Positions 43,569 to 54,145 of a DNA stretch of 64,000 bases are shown piece after piece. Numbering within the stretch: position 1 is the first letter of the stretch; each line of letters opens with the position of its first letter. The notes under the pieces are model-generated. The model saw only the letters and a list, made by a program, of their open reading frames with translations. It searched no databases and was not told the origin of the DNA. Location: the NCBI GenBank assembly GCA_963748825.1, contig CAVVKN010000018.1, positions 64,001-128,000 on the forward strand. Reading direction: 5' to 3'. The position numbers and the translations under genes are program-made. This stretch comes from Methanotrichaceae archaeon (GTDB lineage: Archaea > Halobacteriota > Methanosarcinia > Methanotrichales > Methanotrichaceae).

Positions 43569-44705
43569 ATGGTCTCTGCGCGGATGGCCTCCATTAACGA
43601 ATCAACCACATTGAAGATCTCGGCTATGGCCAAAAAGCTAGCTGCCGGTGGCCAGGACATCATAGATATGGGTGTGGGAGAGCCCGATTTCGATACCCCT
43701 AAGCATATTGTTGAGGCGGGCTGCAGTTCCATCAGAAATGGCGAGACGCGCTACGCTCCCACGGGGGGCATTCCCGAACTGCGACGGGCCATTGCCGAGA
43801 AGCTCTCCCGGGAAAATTCGCTTCACGCTACGGCTGATGATGTCATTGTAACACCCGGCGCCAAGATGGCCGTATTTGCCGCTATCCAGGCGCTCCTCCA
43901 GGAGGGTGATGAGTGCCTCCTCATCGGACCTTCCTGGGTGAGCTACGAGCCCTGTGTGGCCTTTGCCGGAGGGCGCGTCGCCTGGGGAAAAGTAGATGGC
44001 AATTTTATGCCCCAGAACCTGGCGGAAAATATCAATTCCAAGACGCGACTCGTCATTGTCAACTCTCCCTCCAATCCCACTGGATCTGTTTTCGACCGCA
44101 AGGTGCTGGAGGAGATTCGCGATCTGGCCGTGGATCACAACCTATTTGTCATTTCCGACGAAATTTATGAGAAGATAATTTACGATCACGAGCACATCAG
44201 CATAGGCTCAATGCCGGGAATGGAAGATAAAACCGTGACTATCAACGGTTTCTCCAAGGTTTATGCCATGACCGGATGGCGTCTTGGGTACCTTACCGGC
44301 CCCAAAGAGACCATGAAATGGGTAGTCAGACTACTTTCCCACTCAGTCTCCCAGGCTACAACCTTTGTGCAGCGCGCCGGTGTTGCTGCGATGCAAGGGC
44401 CACAAGATGAAGTTGCTTCCATGGCGACGGAGTTTCGGGCGCGCCGGGATATGCTGGTTTCAGGTCTGAAGGATTTAGGAATACCTTGCAGCGTACCTGG
44501 GGGGGCTTTCTACGTCTTCCCGAATGTATCCGGTTTAGGCGGCGGGGATGCTTTCACCGATAAGCTGCTCAAAGATGCCCTCATTGCGGCCACGCCCGGA
44601 TCGGCCTTCGGGCCAGGAGGCGCAAATTATGTCCGGCTCTCCTATGCTATATCACAAAGTCGAATCAAACAGGCTCTGGAAAGGATAGAGAAGATCTTGC
44701 ATTAA
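43569..44705 (+). CDS. Aspartate/aromatic aminotransferase class I
   Basis: GEPDFDTP, NSPSNPTG, SDEIYE, GFSKVYAMTGWRLG. Confidence 0.92.
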   Translation: MVSARMASINESTTLKISAMAKKLAAGGQDIIDMGVGEPDFDTPKHIVEAGCSSIRNGETRYAPTGGIPELRRAIAEKLSRENSLHATADDVIVTPGAKMAVFAAIQALLQEGDECLLIGPSWVSYEPCVAFAGGRVAWGKVDGNFMPQNLAENINSKTRLVIVNSPSNPTGSVFDRKVLEEIRDLAVDHNLFVISDEIYEKIIYDHEHISIGSMPGMEDKTVTINGFSKVYAMTGWRLGYLTGPKETMKWVVRLLSHSVSQATTFVQRAGVAAMQGPQDEVASMATEFRARRDMLVSGLKDLGIPCSVPGGAFYVFPNVSGLGGGDAFTDKLLKDALIAATPGSAFGPGGANYVRLSYAISQSRIKQALERIEKILH

Positions 44706-44781
44706 GAGAAAAAATAATCATTTTTTTTAATTTTATTTTATTATGATGTTTTTATGTTATTAAGCCACCCAGTCAAAACTA

Positions 44782-45537
44782 TCATTGGCCAACTGCACAT
44801 GCGGAATTTGATTGTTTTAGCCTTTTTAGTGCTTGCAGGCTCTCAATCACTGCTTTTTCCGTCTTCTGCTCTAGAGCGGCAGAGATATTCCTCTCCTCTA
44901 TTATCTTCAGCACAGGTTGCAGGTCAATGCAGCCTTGCCCGAGAGCCAGGTGTTCATCACCTTTTCCAGAGTTATCATGCAGGTGGATGTGCGTCAGGGC
45001 TGGATGGCTTAAGAATTCCAGCAATGTGCCGCAGGTATTGGCGTGGCCCACGTCCAGCACTAAGCCCATGCCGTGTAGATCCAAGTCAGGCTTGCTAAAG
45101 AAGAGCCAATCGCTCTTGGGCATATTCTCCACAGCCAAGCGGATGCCCAGCTCTTCCTGCAAAGGTGCAAGTTCTCCCAGCGACTGTTCAAGGCAGAGAA
45201 GTGCTTCTCGCCAGCAGAAGCTCCAGGGGGTATAGCCGGGGTGGATAATGTAAAGCTCGGCTCCCGTAGATGCGCTGGCAGCAATGGCTCGGCGGTGCAG
45301 ATTCACTGATGCCTCCCGAAATTCCGGGTAGATACTGGCGATATTTATGTCGGCAATCAGCCCGTGCACGCTGTATTTCATGGAGAATGATGATGCTGCA
45401 TCCTGGTTCTCGGGACGAAAAAGGCTGTGCCTGGCCTCACAGAGTATCTCGGCTCGATCGGAAAGCTCTGAGATTCTCTCCAGAGCTTGCTCTAGCGGCT
45501 GATCCAGGTAGGCCCAGGTAGAGATTGCAAGCTTCAT
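44782..45537 (-). CDS. Sugar-phosphate isomerase/epimerase (AP endonuclease 2-type TIM barrel)
   Basis: IIHPG, AVENMP, LDVGHA, HIHLHDN...DEHL.LG.G. Confidence 0.85.
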   Translation of the reverse strand: MKLAISTWAYLDQPLEQALERISELSDRAEILCEARHSLFRPENQDAASSFSMKYSVHGLIADINIASIYPEFREASVNLHRRAIAASASTGAELYIIHPGYTPWSFCWREALLCLEQSLGELAPLQEELGIRLAVENMPKSDWLFFSKPDLDLHGMGLVLDVGHANTCGTLLEFLSHPALTHIHLHDNSGKGDEHLALGQGCIDLQPVLKIIEERNISAALEQKTEKAVIESLQALKRLKQSNSACAVGQ

Positions 45538-45692
45538 ATCACTTGATCGAGTCAGAATGAAGAACTGGTATATTATTGCTATTGTGTCTCCAGCCAAATC
45601 CCTGATGAGCACTCCTGCTAGAAAATGCTAACGATTATTCAGGCACGCCAACCTTAATAAAGAAGCCTTCCAAGAATCTAGCGTGGTATACC

Positions 45693-46943
45693 ATGTCATT
45701 TCAGATCGAGAAGATTCATGCTCGTGAGATCCTTGACTCACGAGGAAACCCGACTATAGAAGTCGATCTTTACACCTGTTGCGGCTTTGGGCGCGCGGCT
45801 GTGCCCTCGGGTGCCTCCACAGGCACGCACGAGGCTTTGGAGCTACGCGATGGAGGAGACAGGTATGACGGCAAGGGTGTCCTCAAGGCTGTCAAGAATG
45901 TCAATGAGGTCATTGCACCAGAGATGCTGGGCATGAATGCCTCTGCTCAGAGGGAGATCGATGATTTCATGATCGAGATGGACGGCACACCTAATAAGTC
46001 CAATCTGGGCGCTAATGCCATCTTAGCCGTTTCTTTGGCCGCGGCCAAGGCGGCTGCATCCTCCGCGGAAATGCCGCTCTACAAGTACCTGGGCGGAGTG
46101 AATACCTCTCGCCTGCCCATTCCTTCCTTCAACGTTCTCAACGGAGGCCAGCATGCCGGCAATAATCTCTCCATCCAGGAATTCATGATTCAGCCCACCG
46201 GTGCCAGGACATTCAGCGAGGGCCTGCGCATGGCTGTTGAGACTTATCATGCTCTGGGCAAGATTTTAAAGGGCAAGTACGGTGTGGGCGCAACCAACGT
46301 CGGCTACGAAGGTGGCTATGCACCGCCGCTGGTGAGGACCCGCGATGCACTGGATGCCATCATGAGCGCTCTTGATGTCAGCGGATATGGCGAGGAGATC
46401 AAGATCGGCCTGGACTCGGCGGCCTCCAGTTTCTACATGGAAGGCGGCTACTCCGTGGACGGAAACCGGCTCACGCCCGGAGAGCTGATCGATTACTATG
46501 TAGATCTGGTCAAGACCTACCCCATAATTCTGCTGGAAGACCCCTTCGAGGAGGAGGCGTATGACAGCTTTGCCGAGCTTACTGCCAAGCTGCCGGGCAC
46601 GATAATAGTAGGAGACGACCTTTACGTGACCAACATAAAACGCCTGGAGAAGGGTATCAAGATGCATGCCGGCAACGCCCTGCTGCTCAAGCTAAACCAG
46701 ATTGGCTCCGTCTCCGAGGCCTTTGATGCGGCACGCATGGCCTTCCGGGCGGGCTGGAAGGTCATGGCCTCCCACCGCTCGGCAGAGACAGAGGACGCCG
46801 CTCTGGCCGACGTGGCTGTAGCTTTGGGCTGCGAGCTGCTCAAGACCGGCGCTCCGGCCCGCTCCGAGAGGACGGCCAAGTACAACCAGCTTCTCCGAAT
46901 ACAGGAGCAGCTGGACGAGGCGGCGGAATACGCCGTCATTTAG
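45693..46943 (+). CDS. eno: Enolase
   Basis: ILDSRGNPT, PSGASTG, GDDLYVTN, LLKLNQIG, SHRS, RSERTAKYN. Confidence 0.97.
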   Translation: MSFQIEKIHAREILDSRGNPTIEVDLYTCCGFGRAAVPSGASTGTHEALELRDGGDRYDGKGVLKAVKNVNEVIAPEMLGMNASAQREIDDFMIEMDGTPNKSNLGANAILAVSLAAAKAAASSAEMPLYKYLGGVNTSRLPIPSFNVLNGGQHAGNNLSIQEFMIQPTGARTFSEGLRMAVETYHALGKILKGKYGVGATNVGYEGGYAPPLVRTRDALDAIMSALDVSGYGEEIKIGLDSAASSFYMEGGYSVDGNRLTPGELIDYYVDLVKTYPIILLEDPFEEEAYDSFAELTAKLPGTIIVGDDLYVTNIKRLEKGIKMHAGNALLLKLNQIGSVSEAFDAARMAFRAGWKVMASHRSAETEDAALADVAVALGCELLKTGAPARSERTAKYNQLLRIQEQLDEAAEYAVI

Positions 46944-47205
46944 ATCTTTTTTGTTGGCTTTTCCCAGGAAATTGGGACGACTCATTTTTTCTGGTTCTAG
47001 TCATCTATGTATGTTGTTCCATTTCAGCAACTTAACACCTAAGAACATGTATTTTGCAGTCCAGTTAACTTGTCACAGAAGGCAGAGACTGGAAATACCA
47101 TTGTTGTTGAGGCGGAGTTACATGGGGGATGAGATGCACGAGGCTCTTAGGATCGGCCTTATGGAGAGATCCTGATGTGCCGCCTCTCTTTTGCCCCAAA
47201 AAATT

Positions 47206-47607
47206 TTAAAACAGAGTGCTCCTCGGCTCTTTGACCATGGCTACCGGCCTTCCCGAGAGCTGGGCCAGAAGCCACGGGTCTACGTTTAAGCTATCCTGGG
47301 ATTGAGATTTGCTTGAATCCGTTCGATTTATGAAGATCGGAGTATAGTCCGAATAGCTGTTGGGATAGTACCATTGAGGCTCAGTTCCCGGTGGGTAGAG
47401 GGTGCCGTTATGAAGCGCGAATCCCTTGGGTGCACTGCCCCAGTTCCATAGGTTGTTGGCAATTTCCAGGGTACTTATCGGCTTGCTCCCGTACGTCTCC
47501 AGCCATGAAGTCCCAAAGTCGTCACCGACACTTTGAAATCCATAAGATAGTGGTATGCATATCAAGCTGGCGCATATGCAGATAATTGCGACCAATGAAG
47601 CTCTCAT
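47206..47607 (-). CDS. Small secreted hypothetical protein
   Basis: Signal peptide; LWNWGSAP motif. Confidence 0.7.
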   Translation of the reverse strand: MRASLVAIICICASLICIPLSYGFQSVGDDFGTSWLETYGSKPISTLEIANNLWNWGSAPKGFALHNGTLYPPGTEPQWYYPNSYSDYTPIFINRTDSSKSQSQDSLNVDPWLLAQLSGRPVAMVKEPRSTLF

Positions 47608-47708
47608 CTCATCTCCCCTAAATTATTACCTTTGGTTTTTATTAAATTGGTGGTTGGCTTGGCCGAATTTTCGATCAAATGGTTTCCTTTCAGTATAGGC
47701 ATTTCCCC

Positions 47709-48047
47709 TTAATATCCCATGTGGTTCATCCTGAGGACGGCATAGGTCTCGGCGCTCTTGGGATCATAATTGGGCGGCAATGGAGCCGTAGGGGGCTTGG
47801 AACCCCAGTCGGAGAGATTTTTTGAGGCATTTGTCAGATCCTGAAACAATGAGTTTCCGTCGTCTCCGCCAAGATGCAGGACAGAAGCATTCTGCGAGAG
47901 GTTTAGCGATGAATTGCTGGTCGAATTGTTTGTCAATCCTCCTAAGATCAGATTCCCGTCTCTGCCCCCGAGATTGACCAATGGTCTGCTTTGGGCCAAA
48001 AAGACTAGTGCCAGCAGTAGTACTAGAATCAATATCGTTCGTTTCAT
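47709..48047 (-). CDS. Small secreted hypothetical protein
   Basis: Signal peptide; LGGxDGN repeated twice; LSDWGSKP motif. Confidence 0.7.
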   Translation of the reverse strand: MKRTILILVLLLALVFLAQSRPLVNLGGRDGNLILGGLTNNSTSNSSLNLSQNASVLHLGGDDGNSLFQDLTNASKNLSDWGSKPPTAPLPPNYDPKSAETYAVLRMNHMGY

Positions 48048-48231
48048 TCCATTCCCCAGATGAGTCATCTATGCAGTGGCTTAAATACGCTGCGCTATAG
48101 AAAATCGCGATTTAGTGCTTTGCAGCTTTCTTTTCAGATTATTTTGAACCAGTATTTTATAATTTAATATAAATAAATAATATTAATTAAAAATAGAAGC
48201 AGACATTTCGCCTGCTTACGACCTGCCATCT

Positions 48232-48807
48232 CTAATAAACTTCGCCAAAAACCTCAAAGTATGCCTGCTCATGCTTGCAAGCCGGGCACTCTTCCGGAGC
48301 AACATTGCCCTCATGCATATACCCGCAATTGCGGCATCTCCAGACTACCTTGCCGCTTCTCTTGAAGGCAATGCCTTCATCGAGATTCTTTTTCAGGGAA
48401 AGATATCTTCTTTCATGCCCTTTTTCGGCGGCAGCTATGTTGAGGAAGGTTGTAGCAATCTCTGGGAAGCCCTCAGACTTTGCCATCTCTGCAAAGGATG
48501 TATACATCTCTGAGTATTCGTATCGCTCGCCATCTGCAGCTTCTTTTAAATTGGCAATAGTATCTGCAATGACTCCCGCTGGAAAGCGTGCCGAAACCTC
48601 TGCATCTCCTCCCTCCAGCAGCTTGAAAAGAACTTTAGCATGCTCTTTTTCATTATCGGCGGTGTCAAGGAAGATGGCAGCAATCTGCTCATATCCTTCT
48701 TTCTTTGCCTGAGAAGCAAAATATGTGTATCTATTCCTGGCCTGTGACTCACCGGCAAATGCTGTCATCAGATTTTTCTCGGTCTGAGTACCTTTAATGC
48801 TCTTCAT
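48232..48807 (-). CDS. rbr: Rubrerythrin
   Basis: AFAGESQARNRY, EKEHA, EKGHE, WRCRNCGY...CPAC. Confidence 0.95.
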   Translation of the reverse strand: MKSIKGTQTEKNLMTAFAGESQARNRYTYFASQAKKEGYEQIAAIFLDTADNEKEHAKVLFKLLEGGDAEVSARFPAGVIADTIANLKEAADGERYEYSEMYTSFAEMAKSEGFPEIATTFLNIAAAEKGHERRYLSLKKNLDEGIAFKRSGKVVWRCRNCGYMHEGNVAPEECPACKHEQAYFEVFGEVY

Positions 48808-49200
48808 TCTTATTTCTCCTGAAATGCTTACTGATCTACCTGTAATCTTTTATAAGATTCCCATCCCTCGCATTAAAATTTTGCATTATTTGCCCGCTTT
48901 AGTGCTGAATTTGATCTGAGGATGCAGGGGGAAACCTGTGCTCTAGATAGAAGGATCGCAGGTAGCGATTGTTTTCGCTAGCAACGGATCGCGAACTTGC
49001 ATGGCACAGATTTTCGCTCAAAAAATAAGGGGACAAATAAGAAGAGTACGCCGGAAATGATACATCTCTGATCAATTGATGCCTGCAAAGTGATTTCTGT
49101 GGGCCGTAATCTTTTTAACCGTTTCCGTGGCTCAAAGTTCGAGGCCAAACGCGACGAAGGCTAAAAGCTGCCGCAAAAACGGGCCATATGTAGGTTTTCC

Positions 49201-49449
49201 ATGTTAGACGGATGGATTAGACGAAGGATCTTCTGGTATCTAAAGAAAAAGCAAATTTTGGCGTGGCGGACTAAGAGGGGCGGAGAGTGTGTCCGGTGCG
49301 GCAAATGCTGTGAGTTTTGCCTCGCCCACGACGCTAAAAATAAGCGCTGCAGGATATACAGCATCCGGCCCGCTATATGTAAAGCCTTCCCGCTGACGCC
49401 AGAGGATTTAAATAAAGTCCATACCTGCGGATTTCATTTTAAAAAATAG
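49201..49449 (+). CDS. Small YkgJ-type cysteine-cluster protein
   Basis: CVRCGKCC...C...CRIYSIRPAICKAFP. Confidence 0.75.
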   Translation: MLDGWIRRRIFWYLKKKQILAWRTKRGGECVRCGKCCEFCLAHDAKNKRCRIYSIRPAICKAFPLTPEDLNKVHTCGFHFKK

Positions 49450-49648
49450 GTTTTATTAAAGCCTAGGAGCCTCTTCTGCAAGGTCTGCATTTTGCCATCA
49501 TTATATTGCCTTGTCACCGCGAGAGGTCAAATACCACAAGGCTTAAGTGCCTTTCACACGTTTCGTATGTTCTGTTAAATCCGAACAAATGTGAACTAAG
49601 AGATAAGAGCCAAAAGCTAATTGACGCAGCGATAGCTGGAGATCTTTC

Positions 49649-50065
49649 ATGGACAAAATAAGCGGAGCATGCTGGAAAGACAGATTTTGGGCCTGGTTGA
49701 TTGACGTCCTTCTCATGGGCATCCTCTGGTCCAGATTCATGACCATTTCGACAGCAAACAGCCTAAGTCCAAGCGGCCTAATTTTGCTGATGGCTCTTCT
49801 CTTCGTCTACTGGACGGTCCTGGAAGGCTACCGTGGTCAGTCCCTGGGAAAGATGCTCTTGAATATCGTAGTAGTAGGCCCGGAGGGCGAGAAGATCGGA
49901 TTTAGAGATTCGGCTCTGGAGAGCCTGGGAAAGGCCTTCTTGCTTCCGCTTGACTGTCTAATTGGATGGATTGTTTATAAAGGCCAGGGGCAAAGGGCCT
50001 TCAATAAATTCTCCAACACCGTTGTCGCCTCTGCCAATGAGGTGAAGTGGTGCACGCAAATGTGA
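49649..50065 (+). CDS. RDD family membrane protein
   Basis: RFWAWLID, GQSLGKM, QRAFNK..TVV. Confidence 0.85.
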   Translation: MDKISGACWKDRFWAWLIDVLLMGILWSRFMTISTANSLSPSGLILLMALLFVYWTVLEGYRGQSLGKMLLNIVVVGPEGEKIGFRDSALESLGKAFLLPLDCLIGWIVYKGQGQRAFNKFSNTVVASANEVKWCTQM

Positions 50066-50139
50066 TTTGGGGTCTTAGTGCACTGCAATCTTAGCAACCT
50101 GCAATGCATCGACTGTTGATTGCACCGCTGCCGTGCACC

Positions 50140-51069
50140 TCATTGCTCTGCTCTCTGCTTCACAGCACCTATCTCCAGTTCATCCCTCTTGAGCATGTGC
50201 ACCTCTACCATGTGATGGGGATGATAGCGTGTCTTTGCCTCTCGGATGCCTTCCACGCCCATGTCGCTCTCCCGGTTGATGTAGATATAATCGCGTGCCA
50301 GGATCTTGGCAGTCTCAGCATTGACTGCGCGGTAGATTCCTTTGCAATCGGGAAGACCCTTCTCGAAATGCACCAGTGCCGTATCGTTGTTCAGTCCTTC
50401 AAAGAAGGACATAGCCCCGATCTTACCTTCGGCTCGGATGGCAAGGCCGGAGAGCTGCAGCTCTTCATAGTGAGATAAAGCAAAGGACACGGCGTCTTTT
50501 TCGCTGGCGAGCACAGGATCGGAATCGCAGTCCTTCCAATCGCACCACTGATCCAGAAAATCCTTGATCTCGCCCAGATTATCTTCGTTGATTGTCTCGA
50601 TATGGGGCATGCAGGTCTTCTGGAATTTGTTAAGCTGATGCCTGATGGTCAGATATTTCTTGCCCGGCAATTCCGCCAGATCCGAGGCCAGATAGACATA
50701 TTCGAAGTATCTTCTCTCCGCATGAAATTGCAGGTCCGGATAAAGCCCCGCCATCCATCCTTTCGTCTCCGGGTCCAGGATCACGAAGGGTTGCTCCTCT
50801 TCGCTCTCAGCAGCAAGCCTCAGCACCTCGGCCAAGAGTTCGGGATTGCGAGGGCCGATGGGCGGGCGATAGCGCGTCTTTCCTGCAATGGTGCTGCAAA
50901 GGACGATACAGCCTTCCACGTAGGCGTACCTGTAATGGGCATAATCATTCCAGCAGACCATGTTGGTGAAGGTATTGTCGCTGTGAACCTGTGGATAGTT
51001 CAGGTAATGCTTACGAAAGAATTCCCGGTCCGAGAGAGTGACGGGCTTGAAGTCGGCGGCACTCAGCAT
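50140..51069 (-). CDS. DUF2156 (aminoacyl-PG synthase C-terminal-like GNAT) protein
   Basis: EYVY...LAELPGKKY, HFEKG, YINRESDMG.EG.R.AK..Y.P. Confidence 0.85.
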   Translation of the reverse strand: MLSAADFKPVTLSDREFFRKHYLNYPQVHSDNTFTNMVCWNDYAHYRYAYVEGCIVLCSTIAGKTRYRPPIGPRNPELLAEVLRLAAESEEEQPFVILDPETKGWMAGLYPDLQFHAERRYFEYVYLASDLAELPGKKYLTIRHQLNKFQKTCMPHIETINEDNLGEIKDFLDQWCDWKDCDSDPVLASEKDAVSFALSHYEELQLSGLAIRAEGKIGAMSFFEGLNNDTALVHFEKGLPDCKGIYRAVNAETAKILARDYIYINRESDMGVEGIREAKTRYHPHHMVEVHMLKRDELEIGAVKQRAEQ

Positions 51070-51527
51070 CCTTTTGCCTCCTCATGAAAGAGCATGGGCA
51101 CATGCCCGGGCATGGGCGCAAATCCATGGGATCGATAAAACTCCTCATTTCCCGGCTCGGCTATCAGGCCTATCCAGGTGATCTTACGAAATTTGCACTC
51201 CTCCAAGAGCATGGTGAGAATCATTGTTCCCACCCCCCGGCTCCTCCAGTCACCTTGCACCACGAGATCCTGAATATACGCATCTGCAATCCCATCAGAA
51301 ATCACACGGCCCATTCCCACGGCCCTGCCGGTAGAAATATCAATCGCTACGGCGAATAGAAAGCTTCCAAGGATCAAATCGTTGATTTTGCTCGCATCCA
51401 TCTCCTCCTTCCACCAGCCTGCAGCTCGATAAAGATCCACTATCTGATCCTCATGCCAGGATCGCACGAGATCGACCCTGAATGAATTATTATTTGATTT
51501 TTCTTTCTGCGATTTATCTTCCGTCAA
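51063..51527 (-). CDS. GNAT N-acetyltransferase
   Basis: VGMGRVISDG, IQDLVV..WRSRGVG, FYRSHGF. Confidence 0.88.
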   Translation of the reverse strand: MTEDKSQKEKSNNNSFRVDLVRSWHEDQIVDLYRAAGWWKEEMDASKINDLILGSFLFAVAIDISTGRAVGMGRVISDGIADAYIQDLVVQGDWRSRGVGTMILTMLLEECKFRKITWIGLIAEPGNEEFYRSHGFAPMPGHVPMLFHEEAKGC

Positions 51528-51561
51528 TTTAGGCTTCTCCTTCGCCGTATTCGTTTGTTCT

Positions 51562-52100
51562 TTAACTTATCCACTTCAAGACCACATTTTCTTCTCTCTT
51601 GGGGGCTTTCTGATCGAGTTTGACTGGATAGCCGAAGATAAGACAGCCCGCCAGCTTGCAAACAGACGGAACGCCCAGATCATCCATAACTGCCTGCACC
51701 TGGCCTAATGGAGCGCCAAGACCAATCCAGCAGCTTCCAATTCCCAGTGATCGGGCCGCTAGCATCATGTTCTCCGCCGCGAGAACGCAGTCGATCTGTG
51801 GGGAGAATGCGTCGGGATCTGAGAATATCATTATCAGAAGTGGGGCATTAAAGAAGATATTGAAGCCCGGTCGGGACACCATGTTGGCCAGAGCAATCAA
51901 TTCCGGCTTGGAGGCCTTGGCATCCAGCTCCATCCACAGCTCTTTGGCTTTGTCGGAGAGTTTATTCATCAGCTCTCTGTCCTTAATGACTACAAAGCGC
52001 CAGGGCTGCTTGTTGGCCGCGCTTGGTGCATAGGTTCCGGCCCTGATCAGCTCTCGGATCACTTCGTCCGGCACAGCATCGGGAAGATAAGTCAAATATA
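51562..52100 (-). pseudogene. Nitroreductase family protein lacking its native N-terminus
   Basis: APSAANKQPWRFVV, AAENMMLAARSLGIGSCWIG; the expected RRSxR N-terminal motif is absent. Confidence 0.75.
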
Positions 52101-52139
52101 CTAGTACATTCTTCTCAGCCTTTGCTAAATATTGAAGTG

Positions 52140-52467
52140 CCACGTTAGCATTCTTGAGCATAAATGCAGCCTCCTCCCATGCCTTCTCCAACAATGCCTC
52201 ATGATTCATCGCATCAAACTACTAGTCATATCTTTCGGTATCTCCTTCCCGCTTTTTGGCATCCTTCACCACATATCCAATCTCCATTCCCGGAACCAGC
52301 GATAACCCACATTTCTGATATGCCTTTACCGCCGAAGCCTCTGCACACTTGCGCGAGTAGTTCGTCCTGCTCAATCTTCGATGAATAGCAAACACTCTTA
52401 CATTCACATCTTCAAGCCCATCCATGTATTTCGCGCGAACCTCACCCACTACATGGATGCAACACAA
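52140..52467 (-). pseudogene. C-terminal remnant of a PolB2-type family-B DNA polymerase
   Basis: IHRRLSRTNYSRKCAEASAVKAY...PGMEIGYVVKDA...TER(YD**)FDA...LLEKAWEEAAF in one frame. Confidence 0.65.
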
Positions 52468-52547
52468 GATGTATCATGGTTCATGATCATGACTTATATC
52501 TTAAAGTCCGCAATATCTTAATAGAAATGCCGCGATAATAAGTTTAT

Positions 52548-53021
52548 ATGCGTGCAGTTAGAATGGGGTTTATCTTGCTTTCCATTTTTCTAGTGATGAG
52601 GCTCGCTACCGCAGCTATGCCAGCCTCATTCTTCCAAGCCATGAACAATATGAAGACGGAAGATACCCTTTGTATTAAAAACTACGATGCAGGAGCAAGC
52701 GTAACCGAATCCTACACGGACTTTGAGTACCTGGACAAGGAAACGCAGATATTGAGCCGCTCTTATAACACCTCTAACAACGAAAATGACACTACCCAGG
52801 GCAATGCTTCTTTAGAAGTCAAGATAAATTCGAATGCAATAGGTAAGTCCCACTTAGACTGGCAGTCTAAGGACATTATACTCGACTCCTTTGGTCGTCA
52901 TGCCACCATTAGCCGCTCTACCGAAGATCTGACTGGTGTATTCAGTATAGAGAAGTTTATTCAACTCTGGTCCAACATCACTCGTGGCGCGGTCAGCCTG
53001 GACTGGCTACCATGCAGCTAG
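52548..53021 (+). CDS. Secreted beta-rich hypothetical protein, paralog of 38734-39615
   Basis: Signal peptide; GASVTESY, DLTGVFSIEKFIQL, terminal LPC. Confidence 0.75.
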   Translation: MRAVRMGFILLSIFLVMRLATAAMPASFFQAMNNMKTEDTLCIKNYDAGASVTESYTDFEYLDKETQILSRSYNTSNNENDTTQGNASLEVKINSNAIGKSHLDWQSKDIILDSFGRHATISRSTEDLTGVFSIEKFIQLWSNITRGAVSLDWLPCS

Positions 53022-53287
53022 TTGATTTGATGCTTGAGGGCTAAAAGAGAGACATCCAATCATATGGTTTAAATTCCGGACGAAATCTGCAAAAAGTCTA
53101 CAAATCCCCTATAACTATCTTATAAAGGGGAAATGTCTACTTTTTTAGGAATTCTTAGTTGCTTGAAATTTCTTCTTTCGTGCTAAACTTTTTATATAAT
53201 ATCCCAAAGATCATTAACATCTAAACAAAAGATTTATATCATTTAACAGTAATTATTATATAATCAACCAATTGCTGACCAAGAAGA

Positions 53288-53560
53288 TTGCCCCTGATAC
53301 ATAGAATGTATCGACTTTCGGGAGGGAGTAGCATAGGCAGACCAAAGAAGAACAAGGAATTACTGATCGGCAGAGAAGGACGAAACGCCATCGAGCGTGA
53401 AGACCTTGCAAGAGAAGCTCTCAGATGGCAACGCCGAAAGCAAACTATCGAAAAATTCAAGGGTATCATTGAGTAACTGAGGAGGTAAACGGCTCAGATG
53501 ACATGAAGCTTGCGAATAAGAGGGTAGTGGTCCTGAGCCGTTTATTACCTAAAGAATACC
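53288..53560 (+). pseudogene. Possible DDE transposase C-terminal remnant
   Basis: GRPKKN...RRKQTIEKFKGIIE resembles the R-x-x-IE-x-F-G motif; weak. Confidence 0.35.
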
Positions 53561-53678
53561 TCTGATGGTATTTAAACATTATGTATATTTTATGTATGTT
53601 ATAAAAGTCTCTAATCATGATGTCTACGACCTCGATCTAAATTTCGATCAAGGGTATAAGAAAGATGCTTATCGTTCT

Positions 53679-53897
53679 TACGTATCTACGTAAACTGTTT
53701 TGTTCATCTTACGCAGCCGAGATCAATATGCATAGACGGTCTTACGTAGTTTACGTAGCTTTTGAGGAATGAGGAAAAAAGCTGTTTATAAAGACCATTC
53801 GACCTATTTACTTTCTTTTGAAATACTACGTAAATTACGTAATTAGTCTTATTGATATTGATTCTATATACGTAAAGCAATACGTAACTGGTACGTA
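53679..53897. repeat. Cluster of nine TACGTA palindromes
   Basis: TACGTA at 53679, 53687, 53743, 53752, 53827, 53836, 53869, 53881, 53892. Confidence 0.85.
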
Positions 53898-54145
53898 ACT
53901 ACATTGAATACTAATTTGCGAAAGGGAACCAACGGCTCAGATAGAAAAGGAATGTATGAGGGGATGGAATTGAGCCGTGGTGAGGTAGCTTTTCTACCTA
54001 CTGTTAATAATAATAGTAATAGTATTTAAGTCTTTCTGAGTAGCATCTTCTTGCAAGCATCTTTTTAACCATATGTTGTCCAGGAAACTGATTTATACAA
54101 TCAGAACCATCCAAATTTATCACTCTTTGGTGTAGGAGGAACATC

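Noticed and set aside
52219-52224. TAG TAG as pyrrolysine readthrough
   Set aside because: Lies in an N-terminally truncated, degenerate polymerase remnant; no pyl genes are in the window
53679-53897. TACGTA cluster as a CRISPR array
   Set aside because: The repeat unit is only 6-9 bp with irregular spacing
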